A stretch of 64,000 bases of DNA from positions 14,349 through 78,348 of the forward strand of contig CANRIZ010000005.1 in assembly GCA_947630835.1 (NCBI GenBank), written 5' to 3'. Shown here one piece after another: positions 48,951 to 57,293 of the stretch (positions are counted from its first letter, which is position 1; each line of letters opens with the position of its first letter). Under the pieces are notes generated by a model. It saw only the letters and a list, made by a program, of their open reading frames with translations. It was not told the DNA's origin and made no database searches. The position numbers were made by a program, and so were the translations under genes. The stretch comes from an uncultured Clostridia bacterium. Lineage in GTDB: Bacteria > Bacillota > Clostridia > Oscillospirales > Acutalibacteraceae.

Positions 48951-49940
48951 TATTACGGATTTATAAAATTTCACCGTAAAGCTCGTTCCCCTGCCCTCCT
49001 GACTTTGCGCCTCTATAACGGCGTTCTGTTTTGAAAGTATATCCCGTGAAAGCGCAAGCCCTATACCTATGCTGTCGTCGGAGGAATTTTCGCCGCGGTA
49101 AAACCTTTCAAAGATATGCGGCAAATCCTTTTTTGAAATGCCGCAGCCGTTGTCGGAAATAATCAGCTTATTGTAAACGCTTGAAGCAACGCTCTCTATC
49201 CTGATTTCACCGCCGCCGTCGGTATGCTCAAGGCAATTTTTAATTATGTTCTGCACGGCCTCGGCAGTCCAGTTTTTGTCGCCCCGGATTTCAAAATTTT
49301 GAATATCGGTTATAAATTTAATGTTCTTAACGTCGGCGGTAATCAAAAACGGTTTAAGACACTCCCCGAGCATATCGGAAAGCATGTATTTTGTGTTTGC
49401 AAACTCTACGGTTCCCGCGTCAAGGCGAGAAATTTTTAAAAGAGTGGAGATAAGCCATTTGATTTTTTCAAGCTGATTTTGCACTACCGCCAAAAATTCC
49501 TCCCGCTTTTCCCCGTTGCGCTCATCCTTTATGATATCCGTCATAACCATCATCGAAGTAAGCGGGGTTTTAAGCTGATGCGAAATATCCGCAAGGTATT
49601 CGGCAAGAACCGACTTATCGTTTTTGAGCGCCTCGTTGGAAGCTTGGAGCATTACGACAACCTTATAAATATTGTTTTTTAAGAGCGAATACTCGCCCTC
49701 CCTGTTATCCGTTATATCGAGGCTGTAATCGCCCGAGCATACGTGAGATAGGTAGTCGTTGAGCTTTTGAATTTGAGCGTATCTTTCCTTTTCGTTTATA
49801 ACAAAGGCGGTTATCAAAACCGCCGAAAGCAGGGAGCAAAGCGCTCCGCATACGGGGTTTATGATAATTGCGGCAACGCTGAAAACCGAAGCCGTAACGC
49901 ACATTGCGATTAAAATATTTTTTACCTGCTTATCTCTCAT
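48948..49940 (-). CDS. Intramembrane-sensing histidine kinase (BceS-like)
   Basis: Two closely spaced N-terminal TM segments with almost no external loop, H-box ADISHQLKTPLTS, and HATPase N/G boxes (IKNCLEHT, DNGCGI, GIGLALS). Confidence 0.85.
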   Translation of the reverse strand: MRDKQVKNILIAMCVTASVFSVAAIIINPVCGALCSLLSAVLITAFVINEKERYAQIQKLNDYLSHVCSGDYSLDITDNREGEYSLLKNNIYKVVVMLQASNEALKNDKSVLAEYLADISHQLKTPLTSMMVMTDIIKDERNGEKREEFLAVVQNQLEKIKWLISTLLKISRLDAGTVEFANTKYMLSDMLGECLKPFLITADVKNIKFITDIQNFEIRGDKNWTAEAVQNIIKNCLEHTDGGGEIRIESVASSVYNKLIISDNGCGISKKDLPHIFERFYRGENSSDDSIGIGLALSRDILSKQNAVIEAQSQEGRGTSFTVKFYKSVI

Positions 49941-50617
49941 TTTAAAATATAGCCCATACCCCTGACCGTCTGTATCAGCCGGGGATTATTGGCGTCCTCC
50001 TCTATTTTGTCCCGCAGTCTTTTTATATAAACCGTAAGCGTGTTGTCGTTTACAAAGTCGCCGTCAACGTCCCAAATATCCTCAAGCAGTTGTCTGCGCG
50101 AAAGCACTTTTCCCCTGTTGTTTACAAAGCTTAAAAGCAATCTGTACTCCATAGCGGTCAAAATTATTTCCTCGTTTTTTACGGTAACCTTCGCTTCGTT
50201 GGTGTTTACAACCATATCGCCCACCGTTATTTTGCCGTCCGTATTTTCGCCGTTGTAACGCCTGAGTACGGATTTTATCCTTGCAAGCAGTTCGCGCAGT
50301 CTGAACGGCTTTGAGATGTAATCGTCCGCACCGAGCTCCAGCCCCGTTACGACATTGACCTCATCGTCAAATGCCGTGAGGAATATAACGGGGTAATCGC
50401 CCTGCGCCTTTATTCTTTTGCAAATATCGTAACCGCTTCCGTCGGGCAGCGTTAAATCAAGCAAATAAAGGTCGAACGTCTTGCCGTCTGTTATGCTCTC
50501 CGCCGTGCGGATATTTTTTGCCAAGGTAACCGAAAAGCCCTCGTTTTCAAGAGAATAGCAAAGCCCCATAGCTATCGCTTCGTCGTCCTCAAGCACAAAA
50601 ATATTCATCCTTTTCAC
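49937..50617 (-). CDS. OmpR-family response regulator
   Basis: Receiver domain (LEDDE...LLDLTLPDGSG) and winged-helix output (LTAMEYRLL...VRGMGYIL). ATGA overlap with the kinase gene. Confidence 0.9.
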   Translation of the reverse strand: MKRMNIFVLEDDEAIAMGLCYSLENEGFSVTLAKNIRTAESITDGKTFDLYLLDLTLPDGSGYDICKRIKAQGDYPVIFLTAFDDEVNVVTGLELGADDYISKPFRLRELLARIKSVLRRYNGENTDGKITVGDMVVNTNEAKVTVKNEEIILTAMEYRLLLSFVNNRGKVLSRRQLLEDIWDVDGDFVNDNTLTVYIKRLRDKIEEDANNPRLIQTVRGMGYILK

Positions 50618-50736
50618 CTCTATTTGATTTTACCATACAAGGCGCGAGTATTCCATTACAGTTTTGTAATATTTTGTTGCCGAAATTATCTTAATATGAT
50701 AAAATATATTTACAGTAAAATTTAAGGGGAATTTAT

Positions 50737-51726
50737 ATGGATATAAAAACACGCCGATACAGGCTCGGCTGTACCGCTTTGGCAATGGCTTTTATTTTTA
50801 TTTGCCTGTGCTTTGCAGGCTGTAAAAACAAGAATAAGGACGAGGGCGAAGCTGCCTCCTCAACGGCCGCAGTCGGCGAAGTGACGGACGCATTTGCCGA
50901 AAATGAGGATTTAACCTCGGAAAATCCGCAGACCACCGCACAGCAGAGCAACGCTCCCCAAACCACAAAAAAGGCTGTTTCCGCCACTAAGAATAAGCAA
51001 CCGCCTAAAACCCTCCCACCCTCGCCCGAAATTACCGGCACGGCCACGCTCGAAAGCGGCAGTAAAACAGTAATTTACCCAAAGGCTTTGGAAAGCGCGT
51101 CAAAAAGCTACCCGGTAATAGTTTGGGCAAACGGTACGGGCTGTCCCACCTCAACCTATACGGGCTTACTTGAAAAATTTGCAAACGCGGGCTACGTTGT
51201 GGTTGCGGATTCAAGCGTAATGACCGCAGACGGAAGCTCCCAAAGGAATTCCATAGATTTCATTATAAACGAAAACGGCAATTCCTCATCCGTATTTTAC
51301 AATAGGATAGACGTTGATAAAATCGGCGCTTCGGGACATTCTCAGGGCGGCAGGAGCTGCGTCAATGCGGCGCAGGCGGATTCAAGAATAAAATGTATCG
51401 TTTCGATAGCCGGCGCTTCCTCGGCGCAGGAGGCGGACGGTCTTAAAGTCCCGACGCTGTACCTTACGGGTACTTCGGATATGATAGTTGTATCCTCCCA
51501 ATGGGTAAAGCCCTCCTTTGACGCTTCCGAGGGCAGGGCGGTTTACGCCTCGCTAAAGGGCGCGGCTCACACGGTTTGTATGACAAACCCCGAAAAGCTT
51601 GCCGGCTACTGCATAAGCTGGTTTGACGCTTACCTTAAAAACGACAGCGACGCCAAGGCCGTTTTTGCCGACGGCGGCATGCTTGCAAACGACCCGGACT
51701 GGCAGGACTTCGCAAGCAAAAACTAA
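50737..51726 (+). CDS. Lipoprotein alpha/beta hydrolase of the actinomycete cutinase/PETase-like (chlorophyllase-like) type
   Basis: Lipobox LCFAGC and a low-complexity linker. YPVIVWANGTG...AGYVVVA, nucleophile GHSQGG, PTLYLTGTSD, GAAH and ISWFDAYLKNDSD are collinear with Thermobifida-type cutinases. Confidence 0.65.
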   Translation: MDIKTRRYRLGCTALAMAFIFICLCFAGCKNKNKDEGEAASSTAAVGEVTDAFAENEDLTSENPQTTAQQSNAPQTTKKAVSATKNKQPPKTLPPSPEITGTATLESGSKTVIYPKALESASKSYPVIVWANGTGCPTSTYTGLLEKFANAGYVVVADSSVMTADGSSQRNSIDFIINENGNSSSVFYNRIDVDKIGASGHSQGGRSCVNAAQADSRIKCIVSIAGASSAQEADGLKVPTLYLTGTSDMIVVSSQWVKPSFDASEGRAVYASLKGAAHTVCMTNPEKLAGYCISWFDAYLKNDSDAKAVFADGGMLANDPDWQDFASKN

Positions 51727-51776
51727 ACAGGGCAACGGGGACAGGCGTTAAAGCGCCGAACACACGCCATAAGCTT

Positions 51777-51813
51777 AACACCGTGCAATTTGTATTTTGC
51801 ACGGTGTTTTTTA
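51777..51813 (+). terminator. Rho-independent terminator after the hydrolase gene
   Basis: AACACCGTGCAA-tttgtatt-TTGCACGGTGTT followed by TTTTAT. Confidence 0.85.
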
Positions 51814-51959
51814 TTTCCGAAAGCCCGTAAAAAGGGCAGATTTTAAAAATTTTCAAAACATTCAAATTATTACTTGCGTTAATCAAAAAAGTATGTTAGA
51901 ATTACACCCAATTTGATACATTGTCAAATAAAAAACAATATCCGTTCGGAGTTGAATTT

Positions 51960-53444
51960 ATGGAAAAGTATTTAATCAATCCCAATCAAAAAATCAGCAA
52001 AATCAACAAGGACATTTACGGCCATTTTTCGGAGCATCTCGGCCGCTGTATCTACGACGGTATTTTTGTGGGCGAGGATTCAAAAATACCGAATGTCAAC
52101 GGAATGAGAAGCGACGTTGTGGACGCTTTGAAGCAAATGGGCATTCCCGTTCTGCGCTGGCCGGGCGGGTGCTTTGCCGACGAGTACCATTGGAAGGACG
52201 GCATAGGCCCTAAGCAGAACAGAAAAAAGATGATTAATACAAACTGGGGCGGAGTTGTGGAGGACAATTCCTTCGGTACGCACGAGTTTTTTGAGCTTTG
52301 CCGTCAGCTTGGCTGCGACGCTTACATAAACGGCAACGTCGGCTCGGGTTCTGTTCGGGAAATGAGCGAATGGGTGGAATATATGACCTTCGACGGCGTT
52401 TCGCCTATGGCGCAGCTTCGTTCGGAAAACGGGCATAAAGAGCCGTGGAACGTAAAATACTTCGGCGTCGGCAACGAAAGCTGGGGTTGCGGCGGCGAAA
52501 TGGATCCCGAATACTACGGCTGTCTGTTTAAAAGGTACAACACCTTTGTAAGGAATTATGATTCAAGCAAACCGATTTTACGAATAGCCTGCGGCCCGAA
52601 CGGCGGGGATTACCACTGGACAAAGCGGGTAATGGATAAGGTTAAAAACAAGGCGGACGGCATATCGCTCCACTATTACACAGTACCTACGGATAACTGG
52701 AACCATAAGGGCTCCGCAACGGATTTTGATTTAAACGAATACAACTCCACCGTCTGCAAGGCTTACAAAATGGAGGAGCTTGTCACCAACCACCTTAAAA
52801 TGATGGACAGCGTTAAGCCCGACCACCGTGTTAAGCTGATTATAGACGAATGGGGCACCTGGTACGATGTGGAACCCGGAACAAATCCGGGCTTCCTTTA
52901 CCAGCAAAACACCATGCGCGACGCCATAGTTGCCGGCCTTACGCTCAACATTTTCAACAAGCACGCCGACAGGATTATGATGGCGAACATAGCGCAGACG
53001 GTAAACGTATTACAGGCGGTAATACTGACCGAGGGCGAAAAGATGGTTCTTACGCCCACCTACCATGTGTTTAAGATGTATAAGGAGCATCAGGGAAATA
53101 CGCTTGTCGGCTCTTTCATAACAACCAAAGAGCTTTACTCGGAAAACGACAACAAAAAATATCCTCAGCTTGTAGAATCGGCTTCCGTTGACGAAAACGG
53201 CGTTATCTGCTCTACAATCACTAACACCTCCGCCGACGAAAGCGCGGAAATTTGCTGTCAGGTTGCGGATTTCAACGCAGGCGAAATTAAGGCGGAAATT
53301 TTAAGCGGCGAAATACACGCAAAAAATGACTTTGAAAACGGAAACCGAGTTACCGTCGGGGAGTTTACCGATTTCACCGAAACCGCCGACGGCTTCAAGG
53401 CGGTAATACCCGCTTGCAGCGTTGTTAAGTTCCTTATAAAATAA
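51960..53444 (+). CDS. abfA: GH51 alpha-L-arabinofuranosidase
   Basis: [16 protein letters not shown]...[20 protein letters not shown]...[12 protein letters not shown] (acid/base Glu)...IDEWG (nucleophile region). ATG 51960 follows GGAG. Confidence 0.9.
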   Translation: MEKYLINPNQKISKINKDIYGHFSEHLGRCIYDGIFVGEDSKIPNVNGMRSDVVDALKQMGIPVLRWPGGCFADEYHWKDGIGPKQNRKKMINTNWGGVVEDNSFGTHEFFELCRQLGCDAYINGNVGSGSVREMSEWVEYMTFDGVSPMAQLRSENGHKEPWNVKYFGVGNESWGCGGEMDPEYYGCLFKRYNTFVRNYDSSKPILRIACGPNGGDYHWTKRVMDKVKNKADGISLHYYTVPTDNWNHKGSATDFDLNEYNSTVCKAYKMEELVTNHLKMMDSVKPDHRVKLIIDEWGTWYDVEPGTNPGFLYQQNTMRDAIVAGLTLNIFNKHADRIMMANIAQTVNVLQAVILTEGEKMVLTPTYHVFKMYKEHQGNTLVGSFITTKELYSENDNKKYPQLVESASVDENGVICSTITNTSADESAEICCQVADFNAGEIKAEILSGEIHAKNDFENGNRVTVGEFTDFTETADGFKAVIPACSVVKFLIK

Positions 53445-53447
53445 ACC

Positions 53448-53702
53448 ATGGAAAAATGCAAACGCTGTCTTTTGCGGGAGAGCGCCGAAAAGGACGTTTA
53501 TGAGGATATAAGGTCGAGGATTGACAGGCTTCCCGAAAAGGATAAAGCGGACGAAAAGCAATACGCCCTGCGCCTTGAACGCTGTAAGGAATGTGAAAAT
53601 TTACTGTCCGGCGTTTGTATGAAATGCGGCTGTTACGTTGAATTCAGGGCGGCTTTTAAAAGGCAGCGCTGTCCCCTGCCCTCGTCCGATAAAAAATGGT
53701 AA
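53448..53702 (+). CDS. Small cysteine-rich protein (84 aa), putative zinc-binding, function unknown
   Basis: CKRC...CKEC...CMKCGC...C pattern. It starts 3 nt after the abfA stop. Confidence 0.5.
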   Translation: MEKCKRCLLRESAEKDVYEDIRSRIDRLPEKDKADEKQYALRLERCKECENLLSGVCMKCGCYVEFRAAFKRQRCPLPSSDKKW

Positions 53703-53724
53703 CGAAAACGGAAGTGACTTTAAA

Positions 53725-54237
53725 ATGCTCGATAACGAAGATTTAAACAAGCTGTCAAGGGAACAGCTGCTCGATTTGCTTTTGATTGATTCCAAGAACC
53801 TGATTGCCATGGACGGCGTCTGGTTCCAGGCCATAGAAAAGGAAATGGGTATGGACAGCGCAATGCATTACGACGAGGAAGCGTGGAAGCTGTACACCCG
53901 TTCGGAGGCAAGAAGGCTCAAAAAATTTTTGGGGCTTTCCGAGCGTCCGGGTCTTGAGGGGCTTGCAAGGGCTCTGCCGCTTAGGATGGTCAGCCGAGCA
54001 AGCCCGAGCGAAACGCTGTTTAAGGACGGCAAGCTTATACACAGAATACTTGTCTGCCGTGTTCAGGAAGCGAGAATAAGAAAAAATATGCCGCTTCACC
54101 CTTGCAAAAGCGCCGCAATTTTCGAGTACGGCGGCTTTGCCGAGGCTATAGACGACAGAATTAAATGCCGCCCGATAAGCTGTTATCCCGACGTTACGGA
54201 CGCAAGCTGCTCTTGCAGTTGGGAATTTTACATATGA
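53725..54237 (+). CDS. Hypothetical protein (170 aa), Cys-containing C-terminus
   Basis: ATG 53725 follows GGAAGTG. MLDNEDLNKLSREQLLDLLLIDSKNLIAMDGVWFQ...; no motif I can name with confidence. Confidence 0.5.
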   Translation: MLDNEDLNKLSREQLLDLLLIDSKNLIAMDGVWFQAIEKEMGMDSAMHYDEEAWKLYTRSEARRLKKFLGLSERPGLEGLARALPLRMVSRASPSETLFKDGKLIHRILVCRVQEARIRKNMPLHPCKSAAIFEYGGFAEAIDDRIKCRPISCYPDVTDASCSCSWEFYI

Positions 54238-54300
54238 CGATACCCCATAAAGCCATATCGGAATACAGAAATGCCTTTATATCAATACCGAAGCATAATT

Positions 54301-54335
54301 AAACCGCACCTGCGTTTGCCGGCGCGGTTTTTTCG
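54301..54335. terminator. Terminator between the convergent hypothetical gene and the HxlR gene
   Basis: AAACCGCACC-tgcgtttgcc-GGCGCGGTTT followed by TTTTCG. Confidence 0.7.
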
Positions 54336-54342
54336 TTAGGGC

Positions 54343-54666
54343 TTACCTTAACCTGTAATTTTCTCCCCAAGCTTTCATAGCGTCAAGAACGGGCTTTAGA
54401 GATTTGCCAAGCTCCGACAGCGCGTACTCCACTCTCGGAGGGACTTCGGGATAAACGGTACGGGTAATCAAACCGTCCGCTTCCATGGAGCGAAGACTGT
54501 CCGTAAGCACCTTTTGACTGATGCCGTCCAAGTTCCTTTGAAGCTCGTTAAACCTCCACGGACGTTCAAGCAGGTTTCGTATAATTAAAAGCTTCCATTT
54601 GTTGCCGATAAGCTGTACGGTAGCCGCCACGGGACATTCGGGAATCAGCTCCGATTTAGTTTTCAT
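54343..54666 (-). CDS. HxlR-family (MarR-like) transcriptional regulator
   Basis: CPVAATVQLIGNKWKLLIIRNLLERPWRFNELQRNLDGISQKVLTDSLRSMEADGLITRTVYPEVPPRVEYALSELG. Confidence 0.9.
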   Translation of the reverse strand: MKTKSELIPECPVAATVQLIGNKWKLLIIRNLLERPWRFNELQRNLDGISQKVLTDSLRSMEADGLITRTVYPEVPPRVEYALSELGKSLKPVLDAMKAWGENYRLR

Positions 54667-54679
54667 AAGGCACCTCCGT

Positions 54680-54717
54680 TACATTATAAAAGAATGTTAC
54701 ATTCATATTATAATGTA
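54680..54717. promoter_or_regulatory. 10-bp perfect inverted repeat in the hxlR/macro divergent region, a candidate operator
   Basis: TACATTATAA-18 nt-TTATAATGTA. The right arm contains a TATAAT hexamer. Confidence 0.4.
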
Positions 54718-54866
54718 TTGGCTTATACAAGTCAATTTCGCTATACTTTAAAGACCTATTTATATAATTACGGTTACAAAAAAGTGCGTACTTGTAATTT
54801 AAAAAATTTTAATTATAATTTAAAATAACAACAAAAATTTAACTGCAACAGAAAAGAGATAATGGT

Positions 54867-55649
54867 ATGACCCAAGAAAAACGCCGTATTTTTCTGATTA
54901 AAACGCTTCTTGGCGAGCAAACACGATATCGGGATATTTCAATCCCCTCCGGCGAAGCGGAACAGAAAACACTGCTGCGCTCTTTAATGAATATCCGTCC
55001 GCCGCTTCCCATAGGAGAGGATTTTTTGACGGTGCAGGACACTTATCTGCGGGAGGAAACCGCACAAAAAGGCGTTACGGATATAACAAAATTAAAGCCT
55101 GTCGAGCCGGGCGTATTTCTTTGGCAAGGGGATATTACCACGCTCAAATGCGGGGCTGTTGTAAACGCCGCAAATTCGGGACTTACCGGCTGTTATGTTC
55201 CCTGCCACGGCTGTATTGACAATGCCATTCACACCTTTGCCGGCGTAAGGCTTCGGCTTACCTGCGCCGAAATAATGAAAAAGCAGGGATATGAAGAACC
55301 GACCGGACAAGCAAAAATCACACCGGCATTTAATCTGCCCTGCGATTATGTTCTGCACACAGTCGGACCGATTATAAACGGCGGCGTGACCGAGAAAGAC
55401 CGAGAACTGCTTGCCTCCTGCTACCGTTCGTGCTTGGAGCTGGCGCAGGAAAATAAAATCGGGAGCGTTGCCTTTTGCTGTATTTCCACGGGGGAATTTC
55501 ATTTCCCGAACGAAGAAGCGGCGGAAATCGCAGTAAAAACGGTAAAGCAGTACCGCGGTGATACGGAGGTGATTTTTAATGTTTTCAAATATGAGGATTA
55601 TAAAATCTACAGAGAATTACTCGGACAGCCTATCCCGCCTGAAACGTGA
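54867..55649 (+). CDS. Macrodomain protein (ADP-ribose/O-acetyl-ADP-ribose hydrolase type) with an N-terminal extension
   Basis: GDITTLKCGAVVNAANSGLTGC...GCIDNAIHTFAG...HTVGP...ISTGEFHFP. Confidence 0.85.
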   Translation: MTQEKRRIFLIKTLLGEQTRYRDISIPSGEAEQKTLLRSLMNIRPPLPIGEDFLTVQDTYLREETAQKGVTDITKLKPVEPGVFLWQGDITTLKCGAVVNAANSGLTGCYVPCHGCIDNAIHTFAGVRLRLTCAEIMKKQGYEEPTGQAKITPAFNLPCDYVLHTVGPIINGGVTEKDRELLASCYRSCLELAQENKIGSVAFCCISTGEFHFPNEEAAEIAVKTVKQYRGDTEVIFNVFKYEDYKIYRELLGQPIPPET

Positions 55650-56451
55650 GCTTGCACAGGCGCAATGCGTAATAATAGGCGCAGGAGCGGGACTGTCTAC
55701 CGCCGCCGGATTCACTTATTCGGGCAAACGATTTGAAGAAAATTTCGGCGACTTTATAAAAAAATACAATATCGGCGATATGTATTCGGGCGGATTTTAC
55801 CCCTTCCCTACGCAGGAAGAATTTTGGGCGTGGTGGAGCAGGCATATTTGGCTTAACCGCTATGTTGACGCCCCCAAGCGAGTGTATGAAAAATTGCTTG
55901 AAATTGTAAAGGACAAGGATTATTTTGTTATCACAACAAATGTTGACCACTGCTTCCAAAAGGCGGGGTTTGAAAAGGAACGTCTTTTTTACACCCAAGG
56001 CGACTACGGACTGTTTCAATGCTCCGAGCCGTGCTGTAGGGAAACCTTTGATAATGAGGATATTATTCGGCAGATGACAGAGCGACAAAAGGATATGCGT
56101 ATTCCCTCCGAGCTTTTACCCGTTTGTCCCCATTGCGGAAAACCGCTTACCTTAAATCTGCGCTCGGACGGCAAATTCGTCGAGGACGAGGGCTGGCACA
56201 GAGCCGCTGAACGCTATGAAAATTTCATAAAAGCGGCACAGGGAAAGAATATACTGTTTTTGGAGCTTGGCGTAGGCTATAACACACCGGTTATCATTAA
56301 ATATCCGTTTTGGGAAATGACGGCGGCTAATCCGCAGGCGACATATGCGTGCATAAATTACGGCGAGGCGGTCTGCCCCGAAGAAATAAAGCGCAGAGCC
56401 GTTTTGATTGACTGCGACATAGACAGGGCTTTAACGGACTTATTAAAATAA
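55579..56451 (+). CDS. Macrodomain-linked sirtuin (class M / SirTM-like SIR2-family protein)
   Basis: Rossmann motif VIIGAGAGLSTAAGFTYSG (no GIPDFR), TTNVDHCF, and QGDYGLFQC where canonical sirtuins have HG before the zinc cysteines (CSEPCC...CPHCG). A GGAGGTG RBS is present. It overlaps the macro gene by 71 nt. Confidence 0.75.
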   Translation: MFSNMRIIKSTENYSDSLSRLKRELAQAQCVIIGAGAGLSTAAGFTYSGKRFEENFGDFIKKYNIGDMYSGGFYPFPTQEEFWAWWSRHIWLNRYVDAPKRVYEKLLEIVKDKDYFVITTNVDHCFQKAGFEKERLFYTQGDYGLFQCSEPCCRETFDNEDIIRQMTERQKDMRIPSELLPVCPHCGKPLTLNLRSDGKFVEDEGWHRAAERYENFIKAAQGKNILFLELGVGYNTPVIIKYPFWEMTAANPQATYACINYGEAVCPEEIKRRAVLIDCDIDRALTDLLK

Positions 56452-56548
56452 ATCGGCTTCTTTCTTCTATATTTTTGCCGCCCGGAAAAAGTCAAACGCC
56501 CAAAATAAAGTATTACGGCTTTTGAAAAAACTTCCGTTAAGAAAATTC

Positions 56549-56577
56549 TTACATAAAATAATAAAAAGTGCTATAAT
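56549..56577 (+). promoter_or_regulatory. Promoter of the carD-like gene (TTACAT-17-TGcTATAAT, extended -10)
   Basis: TTACAT at 56549-56554 and TATAAT at 56572-56577, preceded by TG at 56569-56570. Confidence 0.5.
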
Positions 56578-56617
56578 TGAACTGTAAAATTTATTGTAAG
56601 AAACGGAGTGAGCGAAA

Positions 56618-57118
56618 ATGTATAAAATAGGTGACCGTATAATTTACGGAGCAATGGGAGTGTGCGATATTAAAGCAATAGGTCCGCTTGACATTAAGGG
56701 CGCTGACCGTTCGGTTGATTACTATACCCTGTCCCCCGTTTATCAGGAGGGTAAAATTTTTGCACCGGTCAACACCGATACCTATATTCGTCCGATTTTA
56801 ACAAAACAGGAGGCGCTTGAGCTTATCGGCAAAATTCCCGAAATCGAGGAGGGAGTTTTTGAGGACAACAATCCCCGCCTGCTAAACGAGCATTACAAAA
56901 TATATCTTAAAAGCGGCGACTGTGTGGATTTGCTTCGCCTAATTCGCGAGATATATTGCAAAGGCCGCAGGGCAAAGGAAAACGGGCGGCGTCTGGGTCA
57001 GGTTGACGAGCAAAATATGAAGCGAGCCCAAGAGCTTCTGCACAATGAGCTTGCCGTCGCTTTGGGAATTAATCCGAGCGAGGTAAGCGATTTTATCACA
57101 AAAACGCTCGACGGCTGA
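56618..57118 (+). CDS. CarD/CdnL-family RNA-polymerase-binding regulator
   Basis: N-terminal Tudor-like MYKIGDRIIYGAMGVCDIKAIG. 166 aa. Confidence 0.75.
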   Translation: MYKIGDRIIYGAMGVCDIKAIGPLDIKGADRSVDYYTLSPVYQEGKIFAPVNTDTYIRPILTKQEALELIGKIPEIEEGVFEDNNPRLLNEHYKIYLKSGDCVDLLRLIREIYCKGRRAKENGRRLGQVDEQNMKRAQELLHNELAVALGINPSEVSDFITKTLDG

Positions 57119-57172
57119 TTTTGTAACAAATTCACAAAAAAACTTTATATTTAATTTTGTGCAAAACTGCCT

Positions 57173-57201
57173 TTGACAACGGAATTTTAATTAAATATAA
57201 T
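57173..57201 (+). promoter_or_regulatory. Consensus sigma-70 promoter (TTGACA-17-TATAAT) upstream of the MATE gene
   Basis: TTGACA at 57173-57178, an exact 17-nt spacer, and TATAAT at 57196-57201. Confidence 0.65.
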
Positions 57202-57208
57202 ACTATAT

Positions 57209-57261
57209 AAACGTGCAGCACTCAAAGCGTAAGCCCGGTTGAGCGCTGTGCGTTTATTTTT
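57209..57261 (+). terminator. Leader terminator/attenuator between the promoter and the MATE start codon
   Basis: 17-bp stem AAACGTGCAGCACTCAA / TTGAGCGCTGTGCGTTT (one mismatch, two GU pairs) with a 13-nt loop, followed by ATTTTTAT. It begins about 8 nt after the -10. Confidence 0.6.
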
Positions 57262-57293
57262 ATGCAAATTTTCAGAAATTGAAAGGAAAAATT

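Noticed and set aside
51893-51935. Possible cre/LacI-type operator upstream of abfA (TGTTAGAATTACA and TTGATACATTGTCAA).
   Set aside because: Neither sequence has the central CG or the dyad symmetry of the cre consensus. The symmetry is too weak to call.
54867-56451. The SIR2 + macro pair read as an anti-phage NADase system (Thoeris/DSR/SIR2-HerA-like).
   Set aside because: The sirtuin is short (290 aa) and has no HerA, TIR, SLOG or large effector/sensor partner. It has the macro-then-sirtuin order and the QG substitution that I associate with SirTM-type ADP-ribosyltransferases. A defence role cannot be excluded but is not supported.
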